A DNA stretch of 64,000 nucleotides from Scenedesmus sp. PABB004 (lineage: Eukaryota): NCBI GenBank assembly GCA_014905635.1, contig JABVCE010000005.1, positions 744,001 to 808,000 on the forward strand, given 5' to 3'. Below, in pieces: positions 11,786 through 24,851 of the stretch. Position numbers and translations under genes: made by a program. The notes under the pieces are model-generated. The model had not been told where the DNA came from and searched no databases. It was given only the letters and a program-made list of their open reading frames with translations. Position 1 is the stretch's first letter, and each line of letters starts with the position of its first letter.

Positions 11786-14700
11786 ATGCGCTGCATCGCG
11801 GCAGCGCTGCTCCTGGCAGCCTGCCTGGGGGCCGCCCAGGCCCGCCAGATGGAGGGTGCGCGGGGACGGGAGCGCGCAGCCAACGCTGGCGCGGCAGCCT
11901 GGCGCGCCCGCAGCGGACGCACGCAGCTCCACTAGCTCTACAAAGACCCGATCAGAACTTTCCGGGCAGCCGCCAGCCGGCGCAGTGCGCGGACGCGCTC
12001 CGCGGGCTGAGGGCCGAGGTGCCATCCCTCACTGGCTGCGCCCGCCCCGCCCCGCCCCGCCCGCCCGCGCAGGCGACCACGCCTTTGGCGCGCGCGCGCT
12101 GCTCCAGAGCGACTCGGAGAAGTGCCCCATCCAGTTCTGCAAGAACCAGGCGGCCTGCATCTACTCCAGCCGCACCAAGCGCTGGAGCTGCACCGACTGC
12201 GATGCACCGCGCATCCCCAACGCCGCCAAGTCGGAGTGCGTGGTGAGTTGCGACCCCAGGCTAGGGCGGCGGTGGGAGCGGCGGCGCCGGCGGCGGCGGC
12301 TCGGGAGGCTAGCCTGGCCCTCAGCGCAGCCATATTTTGCTGACCGCCGCCCGCCTGCCCTGCCCTGCCCTGCTCTGCCCGCGCGCAGTGCCCCGCTGGC
12401 ATGTTCCCGGTCGCCGGCGGCGGCTGCGCGCTGTGCAAGGCCAACATGTACTGCCCTCAGGGCCAGAAGGCGCTGGTGTCCACCGCGACCGCCTGCCCCG
12501 CCAACATGGTGACCCTGCGCCGCGGCGCCAAGAGCCTCAACGACTGGTGCGCACGCGCGCGGCGGTGCTGCGCCCGCCGCCGCCCGGCGCCGGCGCTCCC
12601 CGCGTGCGCGCGCGCGCCCCACCTGACCGCCCGCCCGCCCGCGCCGCCCGTGCCGCCCGCAGCTTCAACGCCCCCGGCTATCGCTTCAGGAAGACCTCTG
12701 CCGGCGTGCGCGCGATCGCGTGCGGCGACAACGAGTACACCGTGGGCCTCAAGAAGCAGACCGCCTGCAACGCCTGCCCCACCAACTTTGTCACCGACCC
12801 CGACAACACGCCCGGCATGCACACCTCGGCCGCCGTGTGCGGTGCGTGCGCGCGCTGCTAGCTGCGACGCGCGGCCGCGCAAGGCGGGCCCGCCTCGTGC
12901 CGCGCGCGCCGGGCCCCCTCCCTGCGGCGGGCTGCCCACGCGCGCCGCCGTGCCGCCCTGCAGTCGCCCCCAAGGGCGCGTTTGTGACCGGCGACTCCAT
13001 CACGCTGTGCCCCAAGGGCGAGTTCAACGACGACTACAGCCTCAGCACCTCCTGCCAGACGTGCGAAGACGTGTACGGCGCCGGCGTCACCACCAAGGCG
13101 GAGGGCTCCACCAGCGTCAACAACTGCACATGTGAGCGCGCGCAGCGCGCAGCGCCGCCTGGCCGCGCCGGTCAGGGCTGCGGCGCGGCGGGCTGCGCGG
13201 CGCGTCGCCGCTGGTGCGCGGCCGCCCACCCCGCGGCCGCTGCTGGGCCGCGCTCGCTGCAGGGCTGGAGCCCGGCTTTGTGCTGCTTGATGACAAGAAG
13301 CGCGCCATCCTGGGCGCCTTTGACCCCATCAACACGCCCATCTCGGGCGCCAAGAAGTGCCCTCAGAACTACTACTGGTGCGCGCGGGGGAGCGCCGCGG
13401 GCTGCTGCCCTTGAGCACAGAGCGCCGCGCTTGGCCCGGCTGCGCGGCGCTCACTGCGCACCGGCGCTGACCGCGCCTGCCGCTCGCCCCCGCCCGCGCG
13501 TGTCGCAGCCCCGGCGGCAACCCCGCTGCCGGCGGCCAGCCGGTGCGGTGCCCCTACAGCCTGTGGACCGAGGACGAGGGCGCCTCCTCCGTGGACGAGT
13601 GCGTGGCGCCCCCGGGCATGTACTACACCGGTGGCGCGATCCCGCCCACCGTGGCGCCTGCGCTGGCCACTGTGAGGGACTGCCCCGAGGGCACCTTCAA
13701 GGAGGTGCGCCGCGCTGCCGGCCGCCCAGCGCGCCGCTTGCGCGCGCGCGCGTGCGGTGCGTGTGGCTGGCCGCTCGCGCGCGTACACGCGTGCTCACGC
13801 GCTCACTCGCCGCCGCCACCGCCGCGGCGCAGACCTGGGAGCGCACCGGCCGCTCCGGCTGCGTGCCGTGCGGCACGGGCCTGTGGCTGTCTGACAAGAC
13901 CATCTTCCTCAACGACCTGGACCCGAACACCGGCCTGGTCCGCAGGCAGATCGGCGTGCGCGGCAGCTCCGACTCGTGCTGTGAGTGCCGCGGGCGCTGC
14001 GCGCGGCCAGCCACCGCGGCCGCCGCCGCCGCCGCCGCCGCGGCCAGCCGACGGCCTGAGCGCTCACGCGTCGCTGCTGCTGCCGGTGCGCAGACATTCA
14101 GCGCGGCATGGGTGCCATCCTCGACCGCAACCAGACCGGCGGCGCCAGCCAGAGCCTGGTGCTGCGCGCGTTTATGTGCCCCGTCGACACCTACGGCATC
14201 AGCGGCGCCAACGTGGGCGGCGTGTTCAAGAAGTACGGCCGCGTGCCCACGCCCTGCACGCAGTGCCCCACCAACATGAAGACCGGCCAGACCGCCACGC
14301 CCAACGACAACCGCGTGGCCAGCATCCAGACCGTCAGCGCCGCCGACAGCACCGGGCTGACGCAGGCCGTGACCCCCGTGAGCGTGGGCGGCTACTACAG
14401 CATTGAGGCCTGCTACAACCCCGACGGCTACGGCTACTACGCCGGCGCCGCCCAGATCTGCCCCCAGGGCTACTTCAACATCAAGGGCAACAAGGAGCCC
14501 TGCACGAAGTGCGCGGCGGCGGCAGCGCTGGCAGCAGCCAGCACGCAGCGCATGATCAGCTCATGAGCTGCCGCTGGCGCGCGCGCGGCTCGCACGCAGC
14601 TCGCGCGCTGACCGCCGCTCCCGCCCGGCTGCTGCTGCCCGCGCCGCGTCGCAGGTGCCCGTTCGGCACCACCACCGCGCTGGCGCAGTCCATCAACACC

Positions 14701-17700
14701 GTGGTCGCCGACTGCACCAAGTACCTGCCTGGCTACGGCCTCGTGAGCGGCGTGCCCGCGCTCTGCCCCATCAGCAGCTACCAGGTCGCTGACGTCAGCA
14801 CGGGCACCGCCTGCACGGCCTGCCCTGAGGACAAGACGACCACCGCCCTGGGCGGCACCTCGCTGGCCAGCTGCTCCGGTGCGTGCGTGCTGCCTGCACT
14901 CTGCGCGCGCCCGCTGCGGAGCTGTCCGGGAGCTGCGGGCTGGCCTGCCGCGCCGCGCTGCAGCCTGCGCGCGCAGCAGCCAACCCCGCGCCGCCCCGCC
15001 GCCCGCCTCGCGGCCCGCAGCCTGCGCTGCCGGCTGGGGCACGCGCGCGCAGAACACCACCTGCGTCCCCTGCCAGGACGGCTACTACGGCGCGAGCGAC
15101 CGCGGCGACACCAGCCAGTGCGTGCTCTGCCCCGCCGACCGCACGTTCACGTACGACTGGCAGGACAGGCCCGACGTGTTTGTCCCCAAGGCCACCAGCC
15201 GCCCGTACGCCAAGACCCTGGGCGACTGCGTCGCCGACTTCTCCCAGACCGTGGAGGGCTCGTCCTTCCTCGACCTCACCGTCGGCGCCAACTTCGCCAA
15301 GGTGGCGGGCCTGGAGAACCTGGAGACCTGCGTGCAGTACTGCCGCGACACCGCCTCGTGCGGCGCGGTGACCTTTGAGTACAGCACCCTCTCCTGCTGG
15401 GTGTGGACCCCCATCGCCAAGGAGAGCTTCGTCGCCACTGGCGGGTGAGCGCGGGGGCCGCCCGCGGCGGCGCGACCGGGGCGCGCGGCAGCCGCTGCCC
15501 GCACGCTGGGCGCGCCGCACGCGCCGCCCGGCTGCCGCCTCACGCGCGCCGCCCCGCCGCCGCGCCACGCGTCTGCCCCCGCAGCCTCGCGTTCAAGCTC
15601 TTCTCCTCCTCGAGCGTGGCGCAGTCCAAGAAGGTCACCGCCAAGGAGATGGGCTCCGGCGAGTACAGCTTTATCAAGGACAGCGCGAGCGGCGACACCA
15701 TCGCCGCCAGCAGCTTCGTCGCGCAGGCCGGCGTCACCTCGCTCCGGGCGTGCCAGGACGCGTGCAGCGCCGTCGCGCTGTGCGCGGGCATCCGGTTTGG
15801 CCAGTACACCGCGCCCGACACCGTCGCGTCGTGCGACCTGATCATGGCCGAGTCCCTGCCCGGCCAGTCGCGCCGCACGCTGATCAAGGCCAACTTCCAG
15901 GGCATGAACACCGACCTCGTCGTCTCGCCCGGCTACTACTGGGACGCCGCCAGCTCCACCGTCAAGCAGTGCGAGGCGGTCGACACCGATGCCGCGCCCG
16001 GCTACTTCTGCCTCGGCGGCGCCGTCGGCGCCGCGCCCAGGACCACGTGCACGGCCGACAACGGCGTCGGCGCGCGCACGCCCGCGGGCGCCGAGCGCCT
16101 CGCCGACTGCGGCGCCACGCTGGACCCCGGGTACTACTGGGACGGCACCGCCGTGTCGCCCTGCCCCGCCAACTCGTTCTGCCTGGGCGACATTTACTAC
16201 AAGTCCGCCGCCGGCGTCACCCCGGCCACCCCCGTCGGCGCGACCGACTGCCCCACTGGCACGAACAACGCCGGCGCCAACACGCAGACGACCGTGGCCT
16301 CCTGCACCACCATCCTCCCCGGCTACTACATGGACGGCGCCGCCGTCGCGCTGACCTCGGTCAAGGAGTGCCCGGTCGGCTTCTACTGCGCCGGCGGCAC
16401 CAGCAGCACCTCCAAGGTCGCCTGCTCGGCCGGCTCCACAACCCCGACCACGCTCTCGAGCGCGATCGCCGACTGCAGCGTCATCAGCCCCGGCTACTTT
16501 GGCTCTGGCGCGACCGTGGCGGCCTGCTCGGCCAACAAGTACTGCCTCGGCGGCGCCGCGCCCGCCGCGGAGACCGCCTGCCCGGCCGGCACCAACTCGG
16601 CGGCCGGCTCCAAGTCGGCCAACGACTGCACCATCCTGCTCGCCACCTACTACTACACCGGCCTGGGCGCGACGATCGCCACCTCCAACGTGCTGGCCTG
16701 CCCCGCCGGGAGCTACTGCCCCGCCGGCACCATCACCGTCGGCATGCCCGTCGACGCCATGGCCTGCCCGACCGGCTCCACGAGCGTGGCCAGCTCCGAT
16801 GCGATCGACGACTGCGACGACCTGCTGCCCGGCTACTACTACGGCGGCGGCAGCGCGGCCATCTCCGCCGCCTCGGTCAAGCTCTGCGACGCCGGCTCGT
16901 TCTGCGATGGCGCGACCGCCATCACCGTCGGCGCGGCCGCGGTCGGCATCGACGCGTGCCCCACCGGCTCGACCTCGCTGCCCGGCCAGTCCAGCAGCAA
17001 CGGCTGCACCAAGCTGCTGCCAGGCTCCTATTTCACCGGCGGCGCCGCAGTGACCGCGGGGACCATCCAGACGTGCCCCGCCGACATGTACTGCCTGGGC
17101 GGCACCACCGTCACCCTGGGCGCCGGCGCGCCGGCACAGGGTGCCACCGCCTGCCCGACCGGCACCGGCACCAACACCGCCACCGGCAGCAGCGCGGTGA
17201 ACGACTGCACGGAGATGAAGCCCGGCTACTACTACCTCGGCACCGGCTCCATCTCCACCTCGAGCGTCAAACTCTGCCCCGCCGACAAGTACTGCCTCGG
17301 CGTCACCGCCGTCACGGTCAACAGCGGGGCCGCGCAGGGCGCCACCGCCTGCCCGACCGGCTCCGGCACCGCCGGCGTCACCGGCAGCGACGAGGTCAAC
17401 GACTGCACCCAGGTCAAGCCCGGCTACTACTTTGACGGCACCGGCACCGCCCCCGCCGACCTTGCCGAGGCTGGCGCGTTCAAGCTGTGCGACGTGGAGC
17501 CGCGCGACAACACCGCCGGCGGCAACTACGGCGCCGGCATCGACAACTCGTTCTGCCCCGGCACGGGCGGCGCCGCCCCCGGCGGTGGCCTCGTCCTTGC
17601 GGTCGACACCACCAGCCTCGGCACCTCTGTCGGCAGGTACCTGTGCAGCGTCGCTAACGGCGCCGCGTACAGCACCTCCACCACGTGTGCTGTGCGCACC

Positions 17701-17748
17701 GGGTTCGAGGGCCAGGACTGCACCAGCGCCGCCAACTGCGTGTCCTAA
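11786..17748 (+). CDS. Large secreted cysteine-rich repeat protein (GCC2/ephrin-receptor-like Cys repeats plus PAN/apple-like modules; mastigoneme/cell-wall-like; 12 exons)
   Basis: Kozak GCCACCATG; signal peptide MRCIAAALLLAACLGAAQA; repeated CPxGxYC..ACPxG..S..DC..PGYY units; 11 GT-AG introns keep the frame; last exon ~15585-17748. Confidence 0.8.
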
Positions 17749-18382
17749 GCGCCCGCACGCGGCGGCGCCCGGCCGCGGCGGCGGGCCTGGTCTGATACAT
17801 CGACCGCCCGCGCGCCCGGCCGTGGCTTGGACTGGCTGCATGCGTGTGTTTAGACCGCACGGCAGCCTGGTCAGCGCATCATTCAGGGGCCGCCGCTGCA
17901 CTCGCGCCCTGCTTACTAACTCACCTCGCCTGTCGTGAGCGCCGGTGCGTGTGCGCTGGCCCGCCCATAGTGGCGGCAGCCAGCCGCCGCGGAGGGCAGG
18001 CAGCGGGATCGGCTTGCTTGTCTCTTGGCATGGCATGGAAACTGGTGGCCGGGCCACGCGCAGCGGCTGCGCCAAATGCAGTCAACGCCCCCCCGCCTGG
18101 TGCAGCGTAGGCACTGTTCTTGCAATGATGATCATCGGTTGTGAGACGCGGCGCATTCCTTCCTTCCAAACGTGGTGCGTGTACACACACCTGGGCGCGC
18201 CCGCAGTCCGGCGGTGGCGCTCGCGGCTGCCCGCCTCGCAGCAGCGGGCCTGCCGGCGAGCCGCCCTGTTGTGTACATACGCGTGGGTTGTCCGTCTCGC
18301 GCGCTGCCAGGACTGCGCGCGGCGGCCCTGGCTGGATGGTTTGAGATTTCTTGGCTGCCCCCTGGCTGGGCTGGCAGAGTAC

Positions 18383-18387
18383 TGTAA
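18383..18387 (+). promoter_or_regulatory. TGTAA polyadenylation signal of the Cys-rich gene
   Basis: First TGTAA seen after the stop at 17748. Confidence 0.45.
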
Positions 18388-18573
18388 CAAACACTTGCCC
18401 TCTTTTGCGCGCGTGCCCGGTCAGCTGTTGGCAGGTCTGGCAAGTCTGTGCCGAGCGCGGCGCAGCAAGTCTGCGCTGGCGCGGCAGCTGCCGCTTGCGC
18501 TCGGCAGCGGCGGTGCTGTGCCTGGTCTGCTGCTGCGCACCCGACAGCGCAAAGCCACGCAGCAGCTCTATCG

Positions 18574-18578
18574 TTACA
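18574..18578 (-). promoter_or_regulatory. TGTAA polyadenylation signal of the AP2/ERF gene
   Basis: About 70 nt downstream of the stop at 18649. Confidence 0.55.
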
Positions 18579-18648
18579 GCAGCAGCTCAACCGCCGCAGC
18601 TCAGCTCGCGCCCAGCGCGCGGCAACCCCTCCGCTCTGTGACCAGGCG

Positions 18649-20637
18649 TCACAGCGCCGCGTCGTTGTCCAGCTCGTCGGCCTCCTCCAGCTCGTTGAAG
18701 CAGTCGCCCGCCAGGTCCAGCACGTAGTGGCACGCCTCGTACGCGCCGCCCTCGGTCGCGTAGCAGCCGACGTGCTGCCACTGCACGCCGTCCCACACCG
18801 TCGCCACCCAGCAAGCCTGGCGCGCCGCCGGCGCGGGCGGCGCCAGGCCCGAGGCCGCCGCCTGCAGCGCCTGCACGTCCAGGGCCTGGCTGTAGACCAC
18901 GCCAAACATGCCCGCCGCGCCGGGCAGGATGCCCTCGAGCGCCGCGCTCGGCGGCAGCTGTGCGAGCAGCCAGCTCATGCGGATGTTGTACACGCTGTGC
19001 CGGCTCACCATGCCGTCGCCGGGCGCGTCCCCGTCCACGCCCCCGCCCGCCGCGCCCGCGGCGGCTGGCTGGCTGCCCTGCTGCGCAGCGCCCGGCGGGG
19101 TGGCGCCTGGGGCGCCGCGCGCAACCTGGCCGCCGTGCAAGGCGGGGTCCAGCTGGTCGGACGCCTGCGACTGCTGCGGGGGCCGCTGGCCGAGCGACCC
19201 GCCCGGTCGGACGCCGGGCTGGGCCGGCGGCTGCTGCCATGCTGGCGGCCGCACTATCTGCTGCGCGAGCTGCCGCGCCAGCCGCTGCTGCTCCGATGCC
19301 TGCTCCAGACTCGGCTGCTGCTGCAGCTGCGGCAGCTGCTCCTGCTCCTGCTCCTGCTGCTGCTGCTGCTGCTGGTGGTGGTGGTGCTGGTGGTGCTGCT
19401 GCTGCTGTGCCTGCAGCCGCGCCCCCGCGTGGTGCACCGGCAGCGGCGGCAGCATCTGGGTCTGCGGCTGCGCGTGCAGCGGCCGGCGGCGGCGGCGGTG
19501 GGCAGTTTGGGCCGGCCAGCTGGCCAGGGGCTGGCGCAGCCCCGCGCCGCTGGCAGTGTCGCGGCGCCAGCCGGGCGCCCGCCGCGACAGAGGCTCACCT
19601 GTCCGCTCGTCGCCGGTCGGCGGAAGAGCAGGCGGGACGCCGGGCGCGGCGCGGCCGCGTGGCCGCCCTCGCCGCCCGCCGTGGCGCCGCCGCCCATGGC
19701 CTGCTGGCTGGCCAGCAGCTGGCCGACCTGCTGGAGCTGGCTCGCGCTGCCCGCGCCGCCCGCGGCCGCCTGCCGCAGGCTGCTGGCCAGGGCGGGCGGC
19801 AGGCCCGCGCGGCGGCCGCCGCCGCCGGCGCCGCCGCCCTGCGTGACTGCCGCGACGGCGGCCTGGACGACCTCGCTCATGCTGCCCAGACTGCCGCCGT
19901 TGCCGACGACGGCCTTGGCGGTGTACGCGGCGAGCCGCGACGACGCGGCGACCTGGAGGTGCCGGTCGATGACGCCGCGCAGCTTGGGGTCGACGACCAG
20001 CTGCCCGTGCGCGTCCTGGTACGTGGCGGGCTCAAAGTTGGTCTCCGCCTGCCCGCCGCGGATCGCGAGCGCGGCGACGTCGTACGCGCGCGCCGCCGCC
20101 GCCTCGTCCTCGAAGGAGCCCAGGTAGAGGCACCTGGGCGCGGCGCGCAGGCGGGGGAGGAGCTCGCGGGGCGCGCGCGCGGCGCTGCGGGCGCGCGCGC
20201 GCGGCGCTCCGAGCTGCCGCCGCACCGGCCGTGCGCGTTGATGGCCGTCTGCCAGCGCTTGTTCTTCTTGTTCCAGCAGACCCCCAGGTAGGGCGAGGTC
20301 TTCTTCTTGCGCTCCAGCTCGTCCTCCGCGCCGCGCTTGCGCCCGGCCGCGCCGACGCCGACGCCTGCGGCGCGCCGCGGCGCAGCGGGGGCGGTCGGGG
20401 ACCAGCTTACGGGCGGGAGCCGTCGCTGGGATGCGCGGGCCGCCGCGCGGGCCGCCACCACGCGGCGCAGCAGCGCCGTTCACGCCGCACGGCACCGCGG
20501 CGGCGGCCGCGGCGGCGGCCCGGGTCGCGCACGCCGGCTGCCGCGCCGCTCCCGCCACCGCGGGAATGTGACCGGCGCTCCGGGCCCGCGGGGGCCGCCC
20601 GCGCCTCACCGTCGACGAGCTTCATGGTGGTGGCCAT
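18649..20637 (-). CDS. AP2/ERF-domain transcription factor (4 exons)
   Basis: TSPYLGVCWNKKNKRWQTAI..|LYLGSFEDEAAAARAYDVAALAIRGGQAETNF; Q/H-rich middle region; degenerate second AP2-like segment at the C-terminus. Confidence 0.85.
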
Positions 20638-21015
20638 CGCTGTTGTCCTCCGGGGCCAAACGCGCGCCCGCGCGTGCCCGCGCCGTGTCGCGCGACGCCC
20701 TCGACGTGCTGGACCGCTCGGCAACCGAGCAGCGGCCAGGCAACGACCGGACGCTCGGGGAGCTGGAAAGGCGCTCTCAGCCGCTGAGGCATGACAGCCG
20801 GGCCCCGGTGCCGCGTGCGCCGCCCCACCGTAACTGACCGTCCCAGGGCAGCCGAAGATGACGCCTGCAGGCCGCGAACCGCCGCGGGTGCGGCGGGTGC
20901 GGCGGCGCCGGCAGCGGCGGCGGCACTGGCACACCCGGTGACCCCGGTGACGCCAGGCTTTTCTTGGGATTTTCGTTCGTTCCTCCCCTGCCTCCTGTCT
21001 TGCACGCGTCGCTGG

Positions 21016-21020
21016 TTACA
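21016..21020 (-). promoter_or_regulatory. TGTAA polyadenylation signal of the helicase gene
   Basis: Chlorophyte poly(A) signal about 130 nt after the stop codon; rare in such GC-rich DNA. Confidence 0.6.
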
Positions 21021-21049
21021 TGCACGCGCCGCTGGCTGCCGGCGGCTGC

Positions 21050-21211
21050 GGGGGCGCCGCCGCGCGCGCGGCCACTGCGGGCCCTCCTGCCCGCGCGGCA
21101 CAAACTTGCCGTAGCGCTTGACCTTTTTGCGGGGGCGCCGCCGCGCGCGCGGTCACTGCAGGCCCTCCTGCCCGCGCGGCACAAACTTGCCGTAGCGCTT
21201 GACCTTTTTGC
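21050..21211. repeat. 81-bp tandem duplication spanning the helicase stop codon
   Basis: 21050-21130 and 21131-21211 differ at 2 positions. Confidence 0.92.
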
Positions 21212-23566
21212 TGAAGGAGCGGTTGCGGCTGAAGCAGTCCTCCACGGGCCGCCCCGCCTCGACGTAGGCGCGCAGCGCCTCGGCGAGCACCGCGTCGGCG
21301 CTGCCGTACAGCGAGGTCACGCGCCCCGGCCGGCCCGCGCGCGCGGTGCGGCCCGCGCGGTGCAGGAACTCCATCGCGGTCGTCGCAAAGTCGGCCTGGA
21401 TGACGTGGCTCACCGCGGGCAGGTCGATGCCGCGCGACGCGGCGTCCGTGCTCACCATCACCACGCTGGACGCAGCGCCGCCGCCGGCGCCGGCGCCGGC
21501 GGCGGGCGCGGCCATGGCCGCCAGCGCGGCGGCGCGCGCCTCGGGCGCCACGGACTTGTGGTACACCACGCACGGCACGCCCGCGGCCTGCAGCATCCCC
21601 GACACCTGGGGCCGGCGGCGCGGCGGCGTGGCGGCTCAGGCGGCGCGGCGCGGCGGGGTGGCAATGGCGGGCGCCGCCATCGCCCGCGCGGGCGCGCGCC
21701 GGCGCGCCGCGCACCCGGTCGGCGGCGGCCACGTCGCGCACAAACACCAGCACGCGCGCGGCGCCGGCGGCATAGTCCGGGTCGTCCCTGATCGCGGCCA
21801 CGAGCGCCGCGTCGGCGCCGCCCTCGGGCACGCGCAGCCAGGCGTGCTGCACGTGCGGCTTGACGCGGTGCAGCATGTCGCCCGCGACCCACGTCGCGCC
21901 CTTGAAGCGCCGCTGCAGCTCGACGCCGACGTCGGCCTTGGTCAGCGTGGGCAGCGTGGCCGCGACAAAGAGGTACTGGCGCTTGAAGTAGGGCCCGAAC
22001 GGCCCGCCGCGCCCGCTGCTGCCGGCGCCCGCGCCGCTGGCGCGGCGCTGCTGCAGCTGCTCCGCGCCGGGCGCCGCCGCGCCCTCCGCGCCCTCCGCGC
22101 CCTCCGCGCCCTCGCCCTCGCCGCCGCCGCCGCCGGGCGCCGGCGGCGCGCCGGGGGCCCGGAAGCCCGCCGCGAGCATCGCGGGCGCGCCGCCGTCCCA
22201 GCAGGCCTGCTTCACGTGCCGCGGCAGCCGCGAGAGCTGCTCCTCGCTCAGCCCCAGCTCCGCCGCGACCTGCGCCTCGATCTGGCGCCGCTCGCCGGCC
22301 TTGAACGCCTGCGGCGCCGCCCGCGGCGCGCACGCGCGGCGTCGGCCGGCGCGCCCGCCGGCGCGCCAGCGGCGCCGCGCGGCCGCGCGCCGCGCGCTGT
22401 GCGCTGCGCGCGCACGTCGAGCAGGCGCGTGAGGTCTTTGACGTAGCCGCCCTGGCTCAGCAGGTCTGCCTCGTCGACCACCACCACCGCGGCGCGCGCC
22501 GACACGCCCTCCGCGCTCCACTGCGGCCCGTACGCGGCGCCGCGGTCGTTGAAGAGCGTGACGAGCGCGCCGGGCGTGGTGACGACGACATCGGGCGGCT
22601 CAAACGGCGGCGGGTGCGCGCCCGACACCTGGCACGCGCGCAGCAGCGGCGCGGCGCCGCCGGGGCCCGGCAGGCTCGCCACGAGGCGCACGACCTGCTG
22701 GCACAGCGCCGCGTTGGGGCAGAGCACGAGCGCGAGCGCGCGGCCGGCGCCCGGCCGCCGGCTGCGCGGCGGGGCGGCGGCGGCGGGCGCGGGCGTCGGC
22801 GGACGCGGTCGCGGGCGCCCGCCGGCGCGCGCGCTGCTCGCGCCGGCGTCCAAGCGCGCTCACCCGGCGCCACTGGCACCGTCAGATGCATCACCGCCGC
22901 TGCCGGGCGCGGGCGCGGCCGCGGCGCGGCGCAGCAGCGCCGTCGCGACGGGCGCGACGTATGCGAGCGTCTTGCCGCTGCCCGTCTCCGCCGCCAGCAC
23001 GACGTCCTTGCCCGCCAGGATGGGGGGCAGCGCCAGCTCCTGCAGGCGCGCGCGCGCGGGGGCGCGGGTCGGCCGCCGCCGCGGGACGCGCGCGCGGCAG
23101 GGACGCAGGCGCCGGCGCGCAGCTGGCCACGCGCCTGCACGCGCGAGGGACGAGCAAAGCCCGCGGCGCGCAGCGCCTCCGCGACCGCCGGCGCGACGCC
23201 GAGCTCCTCGAACGTCGCCGCCGCCTCGGCGTAAAACGCGCCCTCCGCGTCGCCGTCGGCCGCCGGCGCCGGCGCCGGCGCGGAGCCCGCCGCCGCGGAG
23301 CCTGCTGCCGCCGCGGACGCCGCCGCCGCCGCCGCCGCGCGGCCGCCGCCGCGCGCTGCGCCCGGCGGCGCCCGGCGGGACGCTGCTGCCAGCGCGCCGG
23401 CGGAAGAGGCGGCCGCGCTGTGCGGCCGCGCCGGCGCCGCGGCCGGCGGCTGGCCGCCCGCCGCTGCCGCCGCGCCGGCCGCGTGCGCCGGTGCCAGGCC
23501 GCCGCGCAGGCTGCGCAGGCCGCGCAGGCCCGCCTGCCGCGCCGCCCGCCAGGCCAGGCAGCGCAT
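21153..23566 (-). CDS. RH22: Organelle-targeted DEAD-box RNA helicase, RH22-like (5 exons)
   Basis: Q motif FEELGV..PSRVQ; AETGSGKT; LCPNAALC; TTPG; VDEAD; AATLP; STDAASRGID; HRAGRTARAG; C-terminal FSRNRSFSKKVKRYG; N-terminal transit peptide. Confidence 0.85.
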
Positions 23567-23929
23567 GGGAGCAGAGGGCTGGCCGCGGACGAAAGGCTGC
23601 TGCTGCCGCGGCTGTCTTCAAGGTCGGGCAGCTTCGGCGCGCGCCAGGGAGCTCGGCGCCGGGCTCTCTTTGCAGCTCGGCGGAATGGCCGGGCAGCGCG
23701 CGCAGCCCCCTGGGTTTGGCGCGGCGCCGCCGGCGGCGCCCAAACCCGGCTGTCGTCCCGGCACCAAAAACGCCCCGCCCCGCCTCTCCCGGTGTGCCGA
23801 GCTCGCTGGAACACTCCCCGCCCGAGCAAAGCTGCGGCTCCGGGGGGCGCCATCAACAACAGCATTCGATGGCCCCGCACCCACCACCGCGCCTCCCCTG
23901 ACGCCCGGGGGCGGGCACCGCGGCTCGTG

Positions 23930-24817
23930 ATGGCACAGGCTGCGCCGCGCCGGCGGCCCGCGAGCGGCGGCGGGCCGCTGCGCGCCGAGGCGTCCGCGCC
24001 GGCGGCGGTGGGGCTGCAGCGGGCCGGCGCCGGCGGCGCAGAGGCCAGCCTGGTGCGGGCCCTGGTGGCCAGCAGCGGGCAGGGCGCGCCAGCGCTGGTG
24101 GCGGGCGCCGGCGCTGGCGCCACCGCTGGCGGCGCGGTGTGGCGCACGCGCGGCGTCCGCAGCCGCGCCGCCGAGAGCTATGCCATCCTGCAGCTCAAGG
24201 CGCCGAGCACCCGCGGCGTCGCCGTCCAGGTGCGCGGGAACTTCGCGCTCTCTCTCCGCGCGGTCGCGCGCGCGCCGGCCGCGCGCGCGCAACCGCCGCG
24301 CAACCGGCCGCCGCGCAACCGCCGCGCGGCGCCCGCGGCGCGCCCGCAGCTCGCCTTTCTGAGCGCGGCCGCGACGCCGGCGGAGGTGCGCCTGCTGCAC
24401 GCGCCCGGCCCGAGCGCCGCGTTCAGGCCGCTGCTCGGCGCGGCACTGCGCATCGGCGCCGTCGACGCGCGGCGCCAGCAGCAGCACACGCTCGCGGTCG
24501 GGTCGGGCGTGGCGGTGCAGCGCTACGTGAAGCTGGAGATGGCCGGCCAGGCCCTGCCGGCCGCCGCAACGGGTGAGGCGCCGGGGCGGCGCAGCCGGGG
24601 CAGCCCCTCCGCGCGCGCCGACCGCCGCCGCCGCCGCCGCCGCGGGCAGGCGGCCTGCACGCCGTGGTGGCGCTGGACGTGGTGCAGCCGTCGGCGGCGG
24701 CCGCGGCCTCGGCGGCCGCCGCGACGCGGCTGCCGGTGCCTGCGCTGTCGGCGGAGAGCTCGGCGCCCGCGGCGCTGGGCGCGGAGCCCTCGGCGGACGT
24801 GCTGATGCGCAGCCCCT

Positions 24818-24851
<34 letters not shown>

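Noticed and set aside
15085..18075. 996-aa minus-strand ORF
   Set aside because: Codon-mirror of the Cys-rich last exon.
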